DNA of 64,000 bases from Promethearchaeati archaeon SRVP18_Atabeyarchaeia-1 (GTDB lineage Archaea; Asgardarchaeota; Atabeyarchaeia; Atabeyarchaeales; Atabeyarchaeaceae): positions 2,240,001 to 2,304,000 of the forward strand of contig CP147779.1 of NCBI GenBank assembly GCA_037308085.1, written 5' to 3'. Below are positions 10,871-21,012 of the stretch, one piece after another. Within the stretch, counting starts at the first letter, position 1. Every line of letters starts with the position of its first letter. The position numbers and the translations under genes are program-made. A model generated the notes under the pieces. That model did no database searches, was not told the origin of the DNA, and saw only the letters and a list, made by a program, of their open reading frames with translations.

Positions 10871-11371
10871 ATGCCAGGCGAAGAAGAAGAAGATGAGAGA
10901 GAAAACAAGAAGAACAGATTTGCCAAATTGAGTGAGCTTGATAGGACTGGCGACAAGGCGAAATACCTCGAAACTGACAGCGAAGAAGTGATAATTGGTG
11001 GAGCGGGATCAACCGGGGCGGCGGGAGACATACCACGCGAAGCTCATGATCTTCCAGGGATAGGTAAACAGCGACAGAGGACCCCTCGTGAAACTGAGAA
11101 GCCATCGGAACACTCTGACAAGCCCGCACTTTACGCGAGCGTGGCCTTGGCGGCCGTAAGTCTGGCTCTCGCCGCGTATTCTATTCTGACATTCTACGCA
11201 ATTGGACCCTTTAGCTCGCCTCTGTACCCAATTTCCTCAAATGGCTTGCTCTTCCTGTTTGCAGTTGCGGTTATTCTTGCGGCGTTGTTTATCTACATAG
11301 CTATTTCGAAAGTCCGTGAGATGAGACTTCACAGATACCTAGAGGGGCGGAAACAGAGAAAGAGGGCTTAG
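10871..11371 (+). CDS. hypothetical protein, charged low-complexity N-terminus and 2 C-terminal TM helices
   Basis: 166 aa ORF with AGGTGA SD upstream. Confidence 0.65.
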   Translation: MPGEEEEDERENKKNRFAKLSELDRTGDKAKYLETDSEEVIIGGAGSTGAAGDIPREAHDLPGIGKQRQRTPRETEKPSEHSDKPALYASVALAAVSLALAAYSILTFYAIGPFSSPLYPISSNGLLFLFAVAVILAALFIYIAISKVREMRLHRYLEGRKQRKRA

Positions 11372-11546
11372 GTCCACTCGGCTCGTTTCTTCCATTACAA
11401 CTCTTTTTTCTTGGGTGTGAGCGCTGCTCGCCACATTTCTGTCGGCTATCAAACATCAACCTTAAGAACGATGAGGATTAACCGTACAACCTCAGATGTT
11501 CAAGGTTGTGCACATTTATGAGCGAACCTGAAACCAGCCGTTTCTC

Positions 11547-12233
11547 CTAGTTCCTTAGGTTCAGCTCCTTAAACTTGGCCTCAGTTGCCTCTCTAGCTTC
11601 TCTGAACTGAGGAGCATTTAGCACGCCAATTGCGTCTGCAAAGATCTCTTCAAACTCGTTCTCTGCCACGCAGGACCTCGGTGGCTCCACGTTGGTGTAT
11701 CCCATATAATCCTCGTAGATCCTCAGTAAGGCACGAATGACTTTTGATGCCTCTTCTCTTGTGAACCTCATGTACATCTCCATGTGACTCTGCCGAACGT
11801 TCCTCACATGGAGAACCACTAGGAAGCGATTAATGCCAATATTAAAGACTTCGAAAAAGTCCAAGCAGAAAGAGTATGTTGGATCATAAGCATCTTCACC
11901 TGCAGAGAGGCTAAACATCAAGAACGGTACGCTCAAGTTGTCCACGAAGTCCTCGCTCTGGATAAGAATCTCGCTCATCCGTCCATATTCACCCATGAAC
12001 CTCTCCTCAAGCCGAAGATCCCGTCTGAAGTCTTCGAGAGCCTTTCTACGATCTTCAAGCGAGCATCTTTCAAGGTGTTCGAAGACGTTTATGAATTCCT
12101 CATCTGGCTCGGCATCGAAGAACTCTACCTTCCTGTCTATGAATAGCCTCGAGAACAGTAGCTGAAGCCTTGGATCTTCCACGGCACTCGCTTCCGCCTC
12201 AGTCATGAACTCCGAGGTAGCTTTTTCGGCCAT
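11547..12233 (-). CDS. hypothetical acidic protein
   Basis: 228 aa ORF with protein-like composition; no motif recognised. Confidence 0.7.
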   Translation of the reverse strand: MAEKATSEFMTEAEASAVEDPRLQLLFSRLFIDRKVEFFDAEPDEEFINVFEHLERCSLEDRRKALEDFRRDLRLEERFMGEYGRMSEILIQSEDFVDNLSVPFLMFSLSAGEDAYDPTYSFCLDFFEVFNIGINRFLVVLHVRNVRQSHMEMYMRFTREEASKVIRALLRIYEDYMGYTNVEPPRSCVAENEFEEIFADAIGVLNAPQFREAREATEAKFKELNLRN

Positions 12234-12809
12234 TTTGCTCTGTCAACTCTCTTTCCGTTTCTCCTAAGGGAAATTGGAGAAAGTCAGCCAGACGATGCTG
12301 ACAACGCCGAGAGACGCCATCATTCATCGCACAGAGGATTGGAGGGGGTTCCTTCTCAGTCGGCCTGTTTCCCCAATGTGGTGGTCAACTTACGTTACCG
12401 TCTCTTCAACAGACGAGTTTCATCAGACTGATACCGCAATGGCTATTGCGATTATCCCAACATTAGACGCGCATTCTGACCTTTCACCCAATTATTCAAT
12501 TTCCAACATATATTAAAGTAACCCAATCTTTGCGGTTATCGCACGATTCCATTGCGATGAAGGATCCAAGTTGAGGGTAGTGCCGAGAACCATCTCTCGC
12601 TGTCGCGAAAAGGCCCGATACCATCCAACCACACCAAAACATGCTATATTAAGCCCCAGAAAAGCAAATTCGCGCCAAAGGAGCCACTGACACGCAAAGG
12701 TTCTTATTTGCAGAACCAGTCCGAAGGCTCTCATGAACCGTAAGTGAGATACGGTGGGATGTGCGACCGACAAGTATAACCCGGCGCGACCCAGCGAACT
12801 CGACTTTTT

Positions 12810-13709
12810 CTACGACTTCCTTAGAAAGTCCAGCAAATATGCATTTACTGGGTCAGGTGCTTCCTGTTGTACCCAGTGCCCACAGTTTTCGATGTACCTT
12901 ATCTCATACGGTCCTTCAACATACTTCTCCATTCCCAATGTCAATGACTTGTCGAGCGCCGCGTCGTCTTCGCCCCAAATGACGAGAGTCGGGCACCTCA
13001 CTCTCGGGGATCTTCTCGCTAGCGCTTCCTGTTGTTCTTTCGGCATCGACAGTATCTGTGCGGGGTTCATATTTGCTCGGTAGTAGTTTATTGACGCTGT
13101 AAGCGCTCCAGGTTTCGACCATGCCTCGACGTACTTTTGCACGTCCTCATCGGTGAATGCTTGCTTGTTGACCGCAGAGCCTACTACCATTCTTTTTAGG
13201 AATTGGTAGTTGTTGAGACTCAGAACCTTTTCAGGGGCCTCTGGGAGCTGGAAGAAGAAGATGTACCAGCTTTTCTGCAGTTGCCGAAATCTCATGGAGA
13301 GAAAAGCATCAACTAGCGCGAGTGGGTGAGGGCAGTTCAGGATAACGAGCTTCTTCACGTATTCCGGAGCCGTCATAGCAAGGTTCCACGCTACTGCGCC
13401 GCCCCAATCATGTCCCACCACGATCGCCTTGCCTTCTCCCATCCCTTCAATGAGGCTCTTAACATCCTGCGTTAGGGCTGATGTCGAGTAGCTAGCAACC
13501 CCTACTGGCTTGTCAGATTGATTGTATCCACGCATGTCTGGAGCTACGACTCTGAAATACTTCGATAACGCAGGGATCTGGTGTCGCCATGAATACCAGA
13601 ACTCTGGAAACCCATGAAGCAACAGTACTAGTTCGCCAGCACCGCTCATCACATAATGAATCTTTACAGCATTTGCAGTGGCGAATAAGTGATTCCATTC
13701 TTCTCTAAT
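12810..13709 (-). CDS. epoxide hydrolase-like alpha/beta hydrolase (probable ATT start at 13709; ORF track starts at 13652)
   Basis: LLLHGFPEFWYSWRHQ, GHDWGG nucleophile Asp, GHWVQQE; in-frame upstream extension WNHLFATANAVKIHYV. Confidence 0.9.
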   Translation of the reverse strand: MREEWNHLFATANAVKIHYVMSGAGELVLLLHGFPEFWYSWRHQIPALSKYFRVVAPDMRGYNQSDKPVGVASYSTSALTQDVKSLIEGMGEGKAIVVGHDWGGAVAWNLAMTAPEYVKKLVILNCPHPLALVDAFLSMRFRQLQKSWYIFFFQLPEAPEKVLSLNNYQFLKRMVVGSAVNKQAFTDEDVQKYVEAWSKPGALTASINYYRANMNPAQILSMPKEQQEALARRSPRVRCPTLVIWGEDDAALDKSLTLGMEKYVEGPYEIRYIENCGHWVQQEAPDPVNAYLLDFLRKS

Positions 13710-14258
13710 AGCCTATCTCCTCCACAATTCAGATCCGTCGCAACTCCAACCATGTCTCGATACCTTCATCTCCTGCATTCATCCTAATCTGCCTTTTGAC
13801 CACGCATTCGGAGCAATTGGATTCTGCTTTCTGATAGTTGGGAGGAATTGGATAAAGAGATGTAATTGTTATGATAACTGATTAAGTAAATTCTGGCAGC
13901 CACGGACGGAGGCGTTCTCCCCGGGGAACCTGATCCAAATTCAAGGTTCCATTATCCTCCTTCGAAATTCCCTGATCCCGAATCCAATCTGGAGTATTCG
14001 TAATGATTCGCATCGCTCGTCCGATAAGCTGCTCCGACGTCAGCGTTTCGTGCGGTTCTTCTTGTGCCAAGTGTTCGAGTTTTTTAGAAATCGCTCCAAA
14101 GTTTCAGGTTTTTGTTACGAATCTCACAACGCCGAGAATAGGTATTTATGGAAAGGTAGAAGCTAGTCACTGAGTAGCTAGCCTTCAGATCAATTTCAGT
14201 TTTGCCTGCAATCATTATGAGGGCTTCGATCCTTCCCGGCCAGATATGAATCAGGTCA

Positions 14259-15383
14259 GTGGAAGTGGGGGTAGAGTCGGATATGCTCAAGGGTCTACGC
14301 GTGATCTGGCAGAGTGTCTCAAAATTCCATATCGTGCTGTTTGCACTTCTTTGTGTGACATCGCTTCTCTTGTTGACAGACTTGCCTTGGATCAGCAAAC
14401 CTTTGATTATTTCTGCACTCGTTGGCGGAACAATCTATTTCCTGGGGCTTGCCTTCCTAGCGCTGGTACCGCCACTATGGAGAGCTCTGGCATACATACT
14501 GCGGTTTTCCGGCGTGAAGCTCGCACTTTTTGCCGCCACATTTCTCTTCACATACCTATTCCTATATCCCTCCTTCATCTTGATAGAGGTCATCGTGGCG
14601 ATTGGTTCTCTTGCCTGGCTAGTCAATCTCTCCATCATGGCATGTGTCCTGCCCTACTCTATGTCGACAAGGCTCTCGCATCACAGTCCGCGACCCTTAG
14701 GCTGGTTCTTCTTCATATGCATGGGGCTAGTGAACGCAGTGGTCTACTTGGGGATTTCACGGATTCCAATTCTCCAACCCTTTCTCTATGCCTATGTGCT
14801 GGGTTGGCTTACTCCTTGTGTCTTGATATCCCTCGCAAAGTATCGCGATCGACGGGTTTTTGCGGGCTATATGCTTGTCGCGTTATTTTACTCGCTCTAC
14901 CCAGTCGCATACCGTTTGTACTCATTATCAAGCCAAGTCTTTGTGTTACAGGGCGGGTCAGTTTCCCTCCCCTCGAGCCTTCCGATCGAAGAAGCCCTGA
15001 CGGTTTTGATGTTCTGCTGGGCACTAAACACCGTGGGGCGCTTGGCCAATAGTGAATACAAGCTATTCAAAGAGGGAAAAGAGAAGCTTGAGAACAAGCT
15101 GACAAGCCCGCTGCGGATACTGAGAAGAGAGAAAGGAAAAGACGAACAGCAGGAGGCTTACGCTGTCGCAGCAACTCTGTTTGAGGAGTTCAAAAAAGAG
15201 GAGCTTGCGGTCAATCCAGTATTCGTCTTTGGGCTACTATTCTCCGCACTTGCGTACTTCGTCTTCAAGCATGGATATACAATGGTCAATGTGCCCGGCT
15301 ATATTGAGCCGGGAGTAGCATTAGTGCTAAGCCTTGCGGCTACCGTTCCCCTACTCTTCTACATGATGATAAAAAAGAGGTGA
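14259..15383 (+). CDS. hypothetical polytopic membrane protein
   Basis: 374 aa, about 10 hydrophobic segments and a charged loop. Confidence 0.7.
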   Translation: MEVGVESDMLKGLRVIWQSVSKFHIVLFALLCVTSLLLLTDLPWISKPLIISALVGGTIYFLGLAFLALVPPLWRALAYILRFSGVKLALFAATFLFTYLFLYPSFILIEVIVAIGSLAWLVNLSIMACVLPYSMSTRLSHHSPRPLGWFFFICMGLVNAVVYLGISRIPILQPFLYAYVLGWLTPCVLISLAKYRDRRVFAGYMLVALFYSLYPVAYRLYSLSSQVFVLQGGSVSLPSSLPIEEALTVLMFCWALNTVGRLANSEYKLFKEGKEKLENKLTSPLRILRREKGKDEQQEAYAVAATLFEEFKKEELAVNPVFVFGLLFSALAYFVFKHGYTMVNVPGYIEPGVALVLSLAATVPLLFYMMIKKR

Positions 15384-15494
15384 GCTTCAAACCCTTGATC
15401 TTTGGACGGAACTGGTACGAAGGGTCATGAGGCCACAAAGCAGCAATAATCCCCCGCTATTCATGGGTCGGTGTGTCAATCTTCCCTCTTTGGA

Positions 15495-16511
15495 CTATTT
15501 TACTTTCAGCCTGTTGAGCTTGTCAATTGCTTGTTCTGCTTCACTCATAGTTCGTTCTATCAGTTCTTTGACAGTGGGGATGTCTCTCACTCTTCCCGCG
15601 CACATTCCGCAAAGCATGATGCCTTTGCTTATGTCACCGTCTTTCTCGGCTAGGGGCCATCTGGGTAGCTCCCACGAGTGTATCCTGTCCTCTGAAGTTC
15701 CTTTTGCGACGAGAGCCTTCTGTTCGGTCACGTATTCATTTACGAGGTGTCGAGCAGGTCCAAACATGCCCAGGATTACCTCCGTGTCAGTTTCCCTGGC
15801 CTCCATGATTCTCTTCTTGTAGTTCTCGTGGAACTCGCATTCCTTCGTGTTTATGAACCTAGTTCCCATCTGTATCCCTTGTGCGCCCATTGCTAGGGCT
15901 GCTGCCAGCCCTCGCCCATCGGCGAATCCTCCTGCTGCAATCACAGGTATCTTAACCGAGTCGACTACTGCCGGAACTAGCACATTTGTGTGAACTGGTG
16001 TGGGGGAGACGTGTCCACCTGCCTCGTAGCCCGAGGCGATCACAGCGTCGCATCCAACCGCCTCGGCTTTTTTGGCGTGACGAACGGTTGGGACTACGTG
16101 TAGGACCTTCAAGCCCGCTTCTTTGAATTTCTTTGTGAAGAGGGTTGGATCACCGGCAGAGGTTATCACTGCCTTGAGTCTTCTTCTGACTTCTGGGTCG
16201 TTTCGAACTTGATCTACGACCATGTCCGCCAGCTTGTATGCGTCGAGCATGAGCTGGAGCTTGGCTACTCTGATGTTGAGGGCAAAGTTGCCTTTCGTGC
16301 CTTTCTTGACAATTTGAATGTCCTGCTTCATCTTGGTGACTGAATCGGTTGCCGTGTCCTTCGGCTCGAGTATTCCAGCGTGGCTGATTGTTCCCAGTCC
16401 TCCAGCCTCTGAAACGGCGATGGCAAGCTTGGTGGTCACGAAGGGACCCATGGGGGCTTGCAGTATAGGATACCTGATTCCAAAAAGGTCGCAGATTCCT
16501 GTTTTTATCAT
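15495..16511 (-). CDS. nitronate monooxygenase / FabK-like FMN oxidoreductase
   Basis: PILQAPM, GGLGTI, GYEAGGH, IAAGGFADGRG, QMGTRF. Confidence 0.9.
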   Translation of the reverse strand: MIKTGICDLFGIRYPILQAPMGPFVTTKLAIAVSEAGGLGTISHAGILEPKDTATDSVTKMKQDIQIVKKGTKGNFALNIRVAKLQLMLDAYKLADMVVDQVRNDPEVRRRLKAVITSAGDPTLFTKKFKEAGLKVLHVVPTVRHAKKAEAVGCDAVIASGYEAGGHVSPTPVHTNVLVPAVVDSVKIPVIAAGGFADGRGLAAALAMGAQGIQMGTRFINTKECEFHENYKKRIMEARETDTEVILGMFGPARHLVNEYVTEQKALVAKGTSEDRIHSWELPRWPLAEKDGDISKGIMLCGMCAGRVRDIPTVKELIERTMSEAEQAIDKLNRLKVK

Positions 16512-16741
16512 TGTCCATTTGACGCCTCCTTTGACATGTTACTAGAGGTTTACCATGATGGATAATTCTCGCCATTCTTCCCTAAGACCGTTACGACTTG
16601 AGCAACTTTAGATGTATATAAGGATCCGCAAAAAAGGCACACAGAAAAATGGTAGCCATCCAGATCGTTAGGTTCTGCCCTGCTCGTGGGCATTAGCAGG
16701 AAAAAAAGGAAGAGGGCTGATGGAGGTTCTCTGATAGCCCC

Positions 16742-17164
16742 TCAAATGAAGAGAATTTGGTACCCCGCAGTCTGTTCCATCAAGGTGGCGGCGCCCACGA
16801 TGTCGTCTACAATCGGATCGAGGGTCTCCTTCTTCAAACCCAGCATTTCGACGGTTGTCGAGCAACCGTAGACCTTCACGTCGCCGCTCTGCTTTGCTTT
16901 CTTGAGCATGTCATACCACGATGGTGCCTTCATCTTCTGCATTCCGCTGATCATTTTTGGCACCATGTCCTCGAATTCCTTCGTGAACCTTGGTTTGTCC
17001 TTTATGCCACCCTTCATGATGGAAGCGAGTGCAAATCCAGTGAAGAACACTCTTACGGGTACGCCCATGGCTGCCGCAGTCGAACTCAGCACGCCCACTG
17101 GGAGCAGCTTGTCAGCCTGGCCAGAACAAGAGATTATCGCAAGGCCACCTTTATTCTCGCTCAT
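16742..17164 (-). CDS. DsrE/DsrF/DrsH-like (DsrE2-type) sulfur relay protein
   Basis: VFFTGFAL...VKVYGCSTTVEMLG...IVGAATL...ILFI; start taken at MSENK (ORF extends to 17191). Confidence 0.85.
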   Translation of the reverse strand: MSENKGGLAIISCSGQADKLLPVGVLSSTAAAMGVPVRVFFTGFALASIMKGGIKDKPRFTKEFEDMVPKMISGMQKMKAPSWYDMLKKAKQSGDVKVYGCSTTVEMLGLKKETLDPIVDDIVGAATLMEQTAGYQILFI

Positions 17165-17187
17165 TTTCTTCTGCCTCGATTTCCTAT

Positions 17188-17207
17188 TCAAGTATTCGAA
17201 TATTTGA
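17188..17207. promoter_or_regulatory. candidate ArsR-family operator
   Basis: Imperfect palindrome TCAAGTATTC|GAATATTTGA (9/10) between the TATA box and the dsrE-like start. Confidence 0.55.
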
Positions 17208-17227
17208 TTATTAGAATACTCGCATGG

Positions 17228-17237
17228 TTATATATAA
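17228..17237. promoter_or_regulatory. palindromic TATA box TTATATATAA in the dsrE/arsR divergent region
   Basis: Archaeal TATA consensus seen directly. Confidence 0.55.
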
Positions 17238-17383
17238 TGTTTTTGGAATTACCCGTTAGAGTGGCGCGCCAAGCGCTGATCCCTCGAAACGGGGTGCGCT
17301 GGACCCTTAGCCGCCCGAGACCAATAAACATAATAGCAAACAGTTCCGCGGTGTATACAAATAGGTCACGGGGTGCTGCAAGA

Positions 17384-17677
17384 ATGAGTGAGGTATGCAA
17401 CCTACAAGCAGAGCTCTGTAAAGTAATAGCCAACCCCAAGCGGATAAGAATGATCAACCTACTCAAAGATGGAGAAAAATCGGTGCTCGAAATAGCAAAA
17501 GGACTCGGCATAAGCCAATCCAATGCTTCGCAGCACCTTACTATCATGAGGGCAAAAGGAGTCGTACTTACCAGGGCAAGCGGGAGGGAAATCTATTACA
17601 GACTCGCCATACCAGAGGTCGCCCGTGCCTGCGACCTTGTCGCTACAGCCCTGAGACGTATGAGAGAGACAAAATGA
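17384..17677 (+). CDS. ArsR/SmtB family transcriptional regulator
   Basis: LCKVIANPKRIRMINLL...SQSNASQHLTIMR...IYYRL; the real start is ATG 17384, not the 306-aa ORF start. Confidence 0.9.
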   Translation: MSEVCNLQAELCKVIANPKRIRMINLLKDGEKSVLEIAKGLGISQSNASQHLTIMRAKGVVLTRASGREIYYRLAIPEVARACDLVATALRRMRETK

Positions 17678-17912
17678 AGTTTTGTTGGCCCACGGCTGAA
17701 CGGGAAACGCATAATGCGAATGACCATCTCGGCTAGTCTCTTTCAGTTGTTTTGCAAGTTCTTTTCGTTGTTTACGGGACTTTATCGATTCAGAGGAGAA
17801 GGAACACTTAGATAAACTCTTAAATTTCTCGGAACGTAAGGAAAAGATAGGAGAATCCAAGAATAATCAAGAATAAGATCACTGCGCGAAAGAGGGGTGT
17901 GTCGTAAGAATA

Positions 17913-19262
17913 ATGGTAGACGAAGAAGTACCGAAGATCGTTACTCCTATCCCAGGTCCCAACGCCAGGAAAGTAATTGATGCTGACACGAAGTACCTCG
18001 TAAAGTCCACGAAGACTGGTCCAGTTGTAGCGAAGCGTGCCTACGGAGCTGTGGTTGAGGATGTTGATGGAAACAAGCTGCTCGACTTCACTGTAGGCAT
18101 ATCAGTCTGCAATATTGGATACTGCCACCCTAAGGTCACTGAGGCGATAAAGGCACAGGCCGAGAAGTTGGTCCACTATGCCGGCCAGGACTACTACTAC
18201 GAAGAGCAGGTCAACTTGGCGAAGAAGCTCACTGAAATAACGCCAGGCAATTTCCAGAAGCAAGTGTTCCTCTCCAACTCCGGAACTGAGAGCAATGAGG
18301 CTGCTATCAAACTCTGCAAGTTCCACCAGAAGCGCCACCAGTTCATCTCATTCATCGGAGCATTCCACGGCAGATCAATCGGCTCCGTGTCCCTGACTGC
18401 CTCGAAGCCGAACCACAAGGAAGGCTTTTTCCCCATGATGCCCGGAGTTAGCCATGTTCCTTACGCTTACTGTTACAGGTGCGCCTACAAGATGACGTAC
18501 CCGCAGTGTGGACTCTGGTGCGCTAAATACATAGAAGAGGTTCTGTTCAACAGCTACCTACCACCGACAGAAGTTGCTGCAGTCTTCGCCGAACCGATTC
18601 AGGGCGAAGGAGGCTACGTGGTCCCACCTAGTGACTGGTACAAGGAAATCAAGCGAATATGCGAGAAGAACGGAATACTGTTCGTAGACGACGAAGTTCA
18701 GGCTGGAATGGGGCGAACAGGGAAATGGTTCTGCACTGAGCACTATGGAGTGGTTCCAGACATCTTGACAACGTCCAAAGCGATTGCATCCGGAATACCG
18801 CTCGGTGCCACGGTGGTCAGAGCTGACATAGCCGACTGGAAAGAGGGATCTCATAGTAACACCTTTGGGGGAAACACGTTGGCATGTGTCGCCGCCGTGG
18901 CGACGATAAAGGTTATTGAGACCGAGAAGCTGCTTGATAACGCCACGAAGATGGGCGAGAAGGCGATGCGAAGACTCAACGAGATGAAAGAGAAGTACGA
19001 GATTATCGGCGACGTGAGAGGAAAAGGACTAATGATTGGCGTGGAGTTCGTTAAGGACAAGAAGACCAAGGAAAGATACTTCGAAGCGCATGATGCTATA
19101 CCGGATATTGCCATGAAGAAGGGGCTCGTCCTCTTGCCATGCGGCAAGAACGGGGTTCGCATAATTCCTCCGCTTAACATTGACGAGAAGCTACTCGAGA
19201 AGGGACTCATGATCTTCGAGGACACCGTGAAGGAGTTCTCAAAGCAGGCGCCCAAGAAGTAG
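17913..19262 (+). CDS. class III PLP aminotransferase (4-aminobutyrate/ornithine type)
   Basis: SGTESNEAAIK, AFHGRS, EPIQGEGG, DEVQAGMGRTG, SKAIASG, NTFGGN. Confidence 0.92.
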   Translation: MVDEEVPKIVTPIPGPNARKVIDADTKYLVKSTKTGPVVAKRAYGAVVEDVDGNKLLDFTVGISVCNIGYCHPKVTEAIKAQAEKLVHYAGQDYYYEEQVNLAKKLTEITPGNFQKQVFLSNSGTESNEAAIKLCKFHQKRHQFISFIGAFHGRSIGSVSLTASKPNHKEGFFPMMPGVSHVPYAYCYRCAYKMTYPQCGLWCAKYIEEVLFNSYLPPTEVAAVFAEPIQGEGGYVVPPSDWYKEIKRICEKNGILFVDDEVQAGMGRTGKWFCTEHYGVVPDILTTSKAIASGIPLGATVVRADIADWKEGSHSNTFGGNTLACVAAVATIKVIETEKLLDNATKMGEKAMRRLNEMKEKYEIIGDVRGKGLMIGVEFVKDKKTKERYFEAHDAIPDIAMKKGLVLLPCGKNGVRIIPPLNIDEKLLEKGLMIFEDTVKEFSKQAPKK

Positions 19263-19384
19263 GTCTGGATCTTGTGGGCCCTATCTAGGCTACTTCTCCC
19301 TCTATTTTTCGGAAGCGATAGTTATTTTTCTCCAGATGTCGCTACCGATACACCGTCCGCAAGGAATAGGGGTGCATATACGCC

Positions 19385-20047
19385 GTGCAAGAGGGCACTA
19401 AGAGGTTGTACTGGGAGGATCCTTACAGGAGGAGTTTTGAGGCTCAAATCATCTCGAACGTGGGGAGGGAGGTTGTGCTCAGCCAGACCTGTTTCTATCC
19501 TAGGGGTGGAGGTCAGGTCAGCGACAGTGGCATAATAGAGTCAGCGAGAGTCACTGACGTAGTAGATCGGAAAGATGGAACGATCGCCCACATCTTGGAG
19601 AGCTCTCTGCAAGCCAGGACGGGGGATATAGTTAGGGGGGAAATAGACTGGGAGAAGCGCTATAGCACTATGAAGCTGCATTCAGCCTCGCACCTTCTCT
19701 ACTATGTTATGCAGGAAGTCTTCGGAGTTGAAGCCACACCCGCGTCGTCGGGGCTAGTGGACGAGAAGAAGGATAGAACTGACTACCTCTTCAGCACATC
19801 ACTCGACCAAGAGAAACTGAAGGAAGCTGAGAGAAGGGTCAACAACATCATTAAGGAAGCGCGCGAGGTTAGAACTTGGAACGATCCGAGCCGAGATGGA
19901 AAAAGAATGTGGGAACTGAAGCCCTACCCAGTCATGATGTGCGGGGGAACACATGTGAGAAATACAATGGAGATAGGCGAGGTATCAGTAACGCGAGGAA
20001 AGAAGCCCGGGCGCGGAAAGGAGAGAATTGAGATAACTCTAATGTAG
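19385..20047 (+). CDS. alaX: AlaX-type alanyl-tRNA editing protein
   Basis: TCFYPRGGGQ, HSASH and CGGTH zinc motifs. Confidence 0.9.
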   Translation: MQEGTKRLYWEDPYRRSFEAQIISNVGREVVLSQTCFYPRGGGQVSDSGIIESARVTDVVDRKDGTIAHILESSLQARTGDIVRGEIDWEKRYSTMKLHSASHLLYYVMQEVFGVEATPASSGLVDEKKDRTDYLFSTSLDQEKLKEAERRVNNIIKEAREVRTWNDPSRDGKRMWELKPYPVMMCGGTHVRNTMEIGEVSVTRGKKPGRGKERIEITLM

Positions 20048-20084
20048 TGGCAAAGAAGGTCTACAGGGAGATCTGATACGCGTC

Positions 20085-20951
20085 TCAGAATCGTTCTATC
20101 CAGCTCTGCTTACCGCCGTTGCCAGAGTACCCGAAGAATCGCTCAGCAACTAGGCGTGTAGTCTCGGGTTCAATAATCTTGTCGTTGAGCTTGCTTGGCG
20201 AGAGAGACGACGCGTTGCTAAATATGGTCAGGATCTTGGCCTTTGCGTAGTCGATTTGGCCCTGTTCGATTCTGCGCGCCAGCTCTTTGGAAAATTCTGT
20301 TGACTCAGTTCCGAGGACACTGGAATTGACCATATCGACAATCGCGCCCAGCTGCCCACCGTCCATTTCGGATTCTACTTCTCCGATCAGGCTCAAGGGC
20401 AGTCCCACTAGGTTTCCTTCTTCGTGAACCGAGTTGCACCACAGAGTCAAACCAAAGCATCCTCGAAAGTCTCGCGGAATGAGGTTAGTCATGAATGCGA
20501 TCATGTTCCTTACTTGCCAGTCTTCGCCTACAACCATGACCTTCTTTCCCCCCACGAGCGATTGTAGGGCTGAATCGAATTTCCCTGGAATCCGCACGCG
20601 GGGAACAGCAAACGGTCCTGGCTCGTCTTCGTATTCGCGCACAAAGTCGCCGTCCAAGCCATCCTTGACAGACTCCCTAAGAAGCCCTTCATATTGGAAG
20701 AGGTCAACATCTCTCCTATCAGTAAAGATAAAGGCGCAACCGAAGCCTGAGTCGACTGACATCTTGTAGTAGGAGACCGCCGTGCCCGTTTCTCCAACCG
20801 GAAACGACTTCAAGACTTCGTCGGGTGGGAGCCCCAAAGGCAGAGACTTGAGTGAGAGCAGTTTCTTGATATGAGGAGAAAGAACACCATTACTAGCTAT
20901 GATTTCTACGCCGCTCTTGCGATTGAATGACAGGAAGGTTCTTATCATCAT
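20085..20951 (-). CDS. DENN-domain-like protein (longin-like N-terminus + cDENN-like core)
   Basis: FLSFNRKSGVEI N-terminus; ALQSLVGGKKVMVVG...IAFMTNLIP...NLVGLP...AIVDMVNSSV follows the DENN core pattern. Confidence 0.55.
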   Translation of the reverse strand: MMIRTFLSFNRKSGVEIIASNGVLSPHIKKLLSLKSLPLGLPPDEVLKSFPVGETGTAVSYYKMSVDSGFGCAFIFTDRRDVDLFQYEGLLRESVKDGLDGDFVREYEDEPGPFAVPRVRIPGKFDSALQSLVGGKKVMVVGEDWQVRNMIAFMTNLIPRDFRGCFGLTLWCNSVHEEGNLVGLPLSLIGEVESEMDGGQLGAIVDMVNSSVLGTESTEFSKELARRIEQGQIDYAKAKILTIFSNASSLSPSKLNDKIIEPETTRLVAERFFGYSGNGGKQSWIERF

Positions 20952-21012
20952 AGCCTGCCCACCCCCGAAATGATCGCCCCTGTCTACTGTAGAGATCTGG
21001 TCCCCTCACGTT

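Noticed and set aside
12350-12435. Minus-strand CTGATGA...GAAAC with a TCAGTC/GACTGA stem, resembling a hammerhead ribozyme or C/D box RNA
   Set aside because: No valid stem III or NUH cleavage triplet, and no convincing C' box or spacing
13882-14070. 62-aa ORF in an AT-richer intergenic gap
   Set aside because: No SD or motif; may be a remnant but cannot be supported
14246-15052. 268-aa alternative-frame ORF
   Set aside because: Overlaps the 374-aa membrane protein on the same strand and has non-protein-like composition
16757-17383. N-terminal 209 aa of the 306-aa ORF, suggesting a long ArsR fusion
   Set aside because: It is the antisense of the dsrE-like gene plus promoter DNA; ArsR similarity begins at ATG 17384
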